Shown here in pieces: positions 59,380 to 64,000 of a stretch of DNA of 64,000 nucleotides. Origin of the DNA: a virus; the IMG/VR virus record IMGVR_UViG_3300009709_000003, positions 96,709-160,708 of that record, one strand, 5' to 3'. The first letter of the stretch is position 1; each line of letters begins with the position of its first letter. A model generated the notes under the pieces. It was not told the origin of the DNA, did no database searches, and saw only the letters and a list, made by a program, of their open reading frames with translations. A program made the position numbers and the translations under genes.

Positions 59380-61965
59380 CTATGCGTCCCCGATTATCAC
59401 AAATGAGAAATTAGCAGACGCTTCATAATTACTTGCTGTATGGAACGATACGTTAAAACTATTTTGACCGCTAACCAAGTATGGAGTGCTAATCTCAGCG
59501 GCATAAGCAAAACCACCCGACGAAAATGATGAATTATTCAAAGATTGGACAAAAATAAATGCTGGCCCATTCACTATGGCTGCACCAAGTGTGATAGTTA
59601 CATATGTAATACCACCACTGGTGACGTTGTTGTAAGTGCCGTTGTTTGCTATGCCTGTAGCTGCAGTCAATCCCAGCGGACCACCGCCAGAATTACCAAT
59701 AACCACCGCTTTGCCTAACACGCGAAGATCTCTATATAAACCATTGCCTATTGTAGACGCGGCAGCTGCCGGACTGTTAACCGATACATGACCAGTAGTT
59801 GTTGCATTACCTGTAATTTCAACAGTTCCTGTAAGATTTATACTAGGTGAAGTAAGGTTTAATACACTAGCATTAACGATATTGTCTACATATAGTGTGT
59901 CCCAAATTGCGGACGCAGAGCCCAAATTTAAATTATTGGAAGTATTAGGAAGAATACTTAGATCAGTAAACATGTCTAAATTAACGGGGTCAAATGTCAA
60001 TAACGTTTTGTATGTTGAATAGTCTCCGTTTGTGGAAGTGTTAACAATAAAGGACAACAACCCATCTTCGAATTCTAGACCATATAGTTGTGTTGGCGTA
60101 GCCGATGGAAGACCATCACTGCTGTTACGCAGTTGTAAAATTTTATTAGTTGACACATCGATATTAACTTGATAACCGTTATCTACAGTTAATCCTTTTG
60201 TATTATCTGTAAATAAAACGCGCTTGTTTAGGTACCAAAGAGCCCCAACATCAACACTGCCCATACTAAACACACCAGTGTTATCACTGATTTCGTTGTA
60301 TGACTCAGTTCCAAAAATATTACGATTGTTATAAATAGTATTTGGACTGTTAGCTACGCCAAATCCATTGCCTACAAAACCAGTACTTGAACCAGAATAT
60401 GGTGCAGCCGCAATACAAAGTGAGGTGTTTAAATTTGACGGTAAAGCAAACACGGTTAAAGTATCTGTCAAATTGGCGGTATATGTTGACCAGCTAGATA
60501 AAGCTGCGACATACAAATCGATGTAGGTGGAATACGTAGCGTCGTACAGCCGAATGACTGACGCTGTGGTAGGAACCGCAATAGCACTACCTATTGTCCC
60601 GGTAGGAGGAGTCCATGCAAGAGTGTTTCCAGAGGCTGTATAAGTTATAGTGCCTGAACCAGCAACAACACCACGATGCAAACCGGCTAATTGTACTACC
60701 GTTTGTAACGGTGTTCCGGATGTAGCAAATCTGACACGTTCAAATTTAGCAACATTCGCAATGGTATTCGCACCAGCAGTTAAGTAGATGTCAAACAATG
60801 ACAGGCTATTGTTGGTTACATCGTTAAATGTGACTGTAGTTGTGCCAATACCAATATATTGCACACCACCAAGATAGAAAGAATCACCACTTCCGGGTGC
60901 AGTAATAGCAACTGTATCAGGAGACGGCGCAGTTTGTGGGGTGCACATAAAAATAAATGACGACGAACCGCGCACTACGCCATTAGCGTGGAAAATTTCT
61001 TGGTGTGTTTGAGTTGGATCGGTCGTAACACCCAAATCGGCCAATGTCAAACCGTGTGGATTTGCTTTGGTAGGTACGCCACTACCAATATAACTGCGAT
61101 GTAGAATATCATCAGCAGTGAATGTGGGCACCACTTGAGAATACAAATTGGTAATTTGTAAAGTGTCGGATGTGCTTGAGGTAGGTAAACTAGGAAATAC
61201 AATCAACACCGACAGTGTATGACCACTTAGAGCTGTAAGTGTATATGATCCTGAGTTCAGAATTGTAACGGGAGTGCCGGCAGTAGTATCTCCCGGGGCT
61301 GTCCACGAAAGTGTTGAGGCACCAGAAACGTACGTAAACGTAAGTGTTCCTGTACCGGATGGCGTAGTTCTATCGATAGTCAATACCGACACGCCGGTGA
61401 CCAAGTTTGTTAAATTGGATACTTGAAGAGCACCACCAATAGCAGTCGCGTTAACTATCGCAGTTGAAGTAAGAGGAACGCCAATGCCTTGAGCCGTAAC
61501 GATGCCTAACAACAATGCACGGTCTTGTGCGTCATTGGTAGTATTGGAATCGGTTGCTGGTAAAGCATTAAATTGTGTTTGAGTGTATATCCTAACTCGA
61601 ACACTAGGATTAGCTTCAGTTGGATAGCTATTACCATTAGTTTCGTGTGGTTGTGGGTCGTCATATGTTTCAGTATAAAATGCAACAACATAATTCAGAA
61701 CGCCAACAGTATAGCTTGCCAAAGCTAGATTAGTAACAGCGGACGGAACAGTTACATATTCACCATTTGGTGCGTAACCGGTGCCGGCTGCTACATTTAC
61801 GTTGGTGGCATTTACAGAATTTACAGATACCACGCAACCGCTTGTGACACCAGTTGTATCTGTGGCTAGCAGTCGTGATAAAATAGCATTAATTTTACTC
61901 GACTCAGTGAACTGAAGATTGTCACTTTCGACAATTACCCCACTTGGGTACAATGAACGTTGCAT
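59380..61965 (-). CDS. tail fibre / tail-associated structural protein
   Basis: 861 aa rich in Thr/Ser/Gly/Asn; VAAGTGY.PNGE N-terminus; NPHGLTLADLG; NLGSASAIWDTLY. Confidence 0.75.
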   Translation of the reverse strand: MQRSLYPSGVIVESDNLQFTESSKINAILSRLLATDTTGVTSGCVVSVNSVNATNVNVAAGTGYAPNGEYVTVPSAVTNLALASYTVGVLNYVVAFYTETYDDPQPHETNGNSYPTEANPSVRVRIYTQTQFNALPATDSNTTNDAQDRALLLGIVTAQGIGVPLTSTAIVNATAIGGALQVSNLTNLVTGVSVLTIDRTTPSGTGTLTFTYVSGASTLSWTAPGDTTAGTPVTILNSGSYTLTALSGHTLSVLIVFPSLPTSSTSDTLQITNLYSQVVPTFTADDILHRSYIGSGVPTKANPHGLTLADLGVTTDPTQTHQEIFHANGVVRGSSSFIFMCTPQTAPSPDTVAITAPGSGDSFYLGGVQYIGIGTTTVTFNDVTNNSLSLFDIYLTAGANTIANVAKFERVRFATSGTPLQTVVQLAGLHRGVVAGSGTITYTASGNTLAWTPPTGTIGSAIAVPTTASVIRLYDATYSTYIDLYVAALSSWSTYTANLTDTLTVFALPSNLNTSLCIAAAPYSGSSTGFVGNGFGVANSPNTIYNNRNIFGTESYNEISDNTGVFSMGSVDVGALWYLNKRVLFTDNTKGLTVDNGYQVNIDVSTNKILQLRNSSDGLPSATPTQLYGLEFEDGLLSFIVNTSTNGDYSTYKTLLTFDPVNLDMFTDLSILPNTSNNLNLGSASAIWDTLYVDNIVNASVLNLTSPSINLTGTVEITGNATTTGHVSVNSPAAAASTIGNGLYRDLRVLGKAVVIGNSGGGPLGLTAATGIANNGTYNNVTSGGITYVTITLGAAIVNGPAFIFVQSLNNSSFSSGGFAYAAEISTPYLVSGQNSFNVSFHTASNYEASANFSFVIIGDA

Positions 61966-61978
61966 GATAATACTCCTA

Positions 61979-64000
61979 TTATAGACCTGGGGTAGATGCT
62001 AAGGTTAAGCCCTTGATACAGGCGCTGGACAATCTAATATCTCGCACATCTGTTATGTTATCAAACGTTAACCTAATCTGATAGTATTTGTTTACCGTAT
62101 CCACTGTATCGTTTATATTAAATGGTACATATGTTGCTGTGGCTAGATCTGTAACAGTCGCCGCATTGCGTATTTCGGCGGTAACGCTTACCACTCTTGA
62201 AGGGTCAGTGATGCGCTGGTTGTAAGTAAACGAATATATGGCAGTAGGATCGTACTGTGCGGCATCTATATTAACGGTTAATGAATCTACATAACGCCAA
62301 GAAGCAAAAGGTATTGTGCGTTGAGTAATACCGTTATCTGCTATTAGGTTAGAACTTATTTGATCCATATCTGATCTGCGTGGAAGCGTTGCCGTATATG
62401 TATTTGAAAAATTTAGTTGAATTGTTTGTGTGACTGTCTCAATACCAGACAAGTGACGATTCCATAACACATAATCGGCAAACCAAATATTGCTTGAGAA
62501 TGTGCTTAGATCAAGCACGCCAGTTTCAGCTTGTGTTAATATATGGTAATCCATAGTGACGGACAATGTACTATCAAAACTACCGGTTATTAAAATTGTT
62601 TGACCATCTACAAATGACCACATGTCGTTAGTAAGTGGTATTCCATTATTGTAAAGTGTAGAATTTGACTGATTTTGATCACTTAAATATGTAAGTTTGT
62701 ATTGATCACCGGTACTTGATTGTAGCTCATCTCCTTTCACTAAGTTTGACATGATTGGCACAACGTTGCTGAATCTATCAGGTGTTCTAGTTACAACGGT
62801 CATGTTGTTAAGAGTAGCCATGTTCCAATCTTCTGAAGTGAAATATCCCACAACTGTTTGACCAACATTAAATGCTTCCACATAATTTTGGGCATTATGA
62901 GAAGCAGAAATAAGGCCACTAGTTACCGGTACTGCTATACCTAAATCTAGAATTTCGTTAGAATTCAATGCATCAGGGCACCAAATATACATCAATTCAC
63001 CGAAGTTCTGAACGCTGTCCGTGCGTGGTACTGTAGCGTCACCTAAATACAACCCGGTGAACCCAATCTTTGTCAAAGCCACACGATCTACGATGAACGC
63101 ACTACTGCCAGTATTCTCAATAGAAACCGTCAGAGTTGTTGCTTCCACGGGTATATTGATGGTTAGTGTGGCCAGAGATGGATAGACAGCCCCAGGAGTA
63201 ACAACTACAGTGGACCCAGTGAATGTACCACCATTATCGAACACTGCTTTTATTTCAATATTTTCACTGGTGTTTGTGGTGCCGTTAATATTGCGTACCC
63301 AGGCGTTTATTCTAACGCTGTAACCTGTCAATGCAGGTGGTATTTTTAGTGTCTGATTTAAACTCTCACCGGCCGCAACTGGAGTTAACGATAAAGCCTT
63401 GGTATCATAAACTCCTATAGGCACAATTTCACCTTGTGCCGGTGACGACCAGTTATTCGGGTACCCCGACCCATACACATTTACAGTATAAGTTGTAACA
63501 GTATTTGGTGCGTTAGCCTCATTAATGGTTACAGTTAAATCACCGAAACTTCGTGTGCTCTTCACATCTCTAGTCATGAAAACAGCGGGAGTCAAATCTG
63601 CGTTCACGTATGTCGTTGATACCGGTGCCGCCAATGTTAGTGTGTCATCACCCACAGATGCAATAACACCAGATACTGCAGTAACTGACTCGCCTAAAGA
63701 AGCAAATCTAAATATACCACTAGAAGGGCTTTCAGACGAAGATGTAAAATTTACAAACCCCGCCGACACTGGTATATTGTATGTACCTGGAGTAAGCGTG
63801 CTGTACACTACCAATAAATCAAGAGAAGTACCATTATGTGATGTAACCGTGTAGTGTCCGTTGTCCGGTATTACAGTAGCCGCACCAACGCTATCGCCTG
63901 GTGCAGCCCAAGTCATATTTGTTCCATCCCAAGTTAAAGTGCCAGTACCAACAGCTGTGTTGGAAGACATGTTCAATATAGCGACGTTCCCTAGTGTTGG
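61979..64000 (-). CDS. large structural (tail/baseplate) protein, 5'-truncated by the window edge
   Basis: Frame open to position 64000; beta-rich and Thr-rich; C-terminal KYYQIRLTF. Confidence 0.7.
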   Translation of the reverse strand, partial: PTLGNVAILNMSSNTAVGTGTLTWDGTNMTWAAPGDSVGAATVIPDNGHYTVTSHNGTSLDLLVVYSTLTPGTYNIPVSAGFVNFTSSSESPSSGIFRFASLGESVTAVSGVIASVGDDTLTLAAPVSTTYVNADLTPAVFMTRDVKSTRSFGDLTVTINEANAPNTVTTYTVNVYGSGYPNNWSSPAQGEIVPIGVYDTKALSLTPVAAGESLNQTLKIPPALTGYSVRINAWVRNINGTTNTSENIEIKAVFDNGGTFTGSTVVVTPGAVYPSLATLTINIPVEATTLTVSIENTGSSAFIVDRVALTKIGFTGLYLGDATVPRTDSVQNFGELMYIWCPDALNSNEILDLGIAVPVTSGLISASHNAQNYVEAFNVGQTVVGYFTSEDWNMATLNNMTVVTRTPDRFSNVVPIMSNLVKGDELQSSTGDQYKLTYLSDQNQSNSTLYNNGIPLTNDMWSFVDGQTILITGSFDSTLSVTMDYHILTQAETGVLDLSTFSSNIWFADYVLWNRHLSGIETVTQTIQLNFSNTYTATLPRRSDMDQISSNLIADNGITQRTIPFASWRYVDSLTVNIDAAQYDPTAIYSFTYNQRITDPSRVVSVTAEIRNAATVTDLATATYVPFNINDTVDTVNKYYQIRLTFDNITDVRDIRLSSACIKGLTLASTPGL

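Noticed and set aside
116-63854. Many short antisense or alternate-frame ORFs in the supplied track (e.g. 23652..24020, 32407..32760, 39703..40095, 63525..63854)
   Set aside because: They lie wholly opposite or inside well-supported genes and show no motifs or RBS; treated as shadow ORFs.
1-64000. Alternative genetic code (stop-codon reassignment)
   Set aside because: Conserved genes are full length in the standard code, and TAA, TAG and TGA all end genes at sensible boundaries.
1-64000. tRNA genes, CRISPR arrays, integrase/transposase, reverse transcriptase
   Set aside because: Intergenic gaps are short, and I saw no cloverleaf, spaced repeat array or matching protein motifs; a covariance-model scan was not run.

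Overview
A 64-kb segment of a large tailed dsDNA bacteriophage genome (roughly 40% GC by eye, standard genetic code, tightly packed and overlapping genes). Positions 1-25.8 kb are mostly + strand. This part holds dozens of small accessory ORFs built from a few recurring paralogous modules, several exported or lipoprotein proteases, phosphoesterases, a T5 A1-like nuclease, an Orn-like exonuclease, an ATP-dependent ligase, a sigma70-family factor and an adenosine-deaminase-family enzyme. Positions 25.8-64 kb are - strand. They encode a trigger factor, SbcCD, DnaQ-like exonuclease, DnaE, primase-helicase, SF2 helicase, resolvase, RecA and SSB; a nucleotide-metabolism set (ThyX, Dut, Dcd, NMP kinase, deoxyribosyltransferase-like, NrdAB); two more sigma-like proteins; an amidase endolysin; and the start of the tail/structural block. 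The leading observation is an adenylosuccinate-synthetase paralogue with PurZ-type residues (GSSAKG, TTVTKKVRR, NFPQY), which suggests a 2-aminoadenine (Z) or related modified-purine genome. It occurs with a family-C polymerase (DnaE), and no HD-domain DatZ is visible in the window. An adenosine-deaminase-family enzyme lacking the 5'-OH-binding Asp, a MazG-like protein, an NDT-like hydrolase and an NMP kinase are candidate replacement parts. Two perfect intergenic sigma54 promoters are also present, one driving a phage sigma-like gene. All assignments come from motif recognition by eye; no searches were run.
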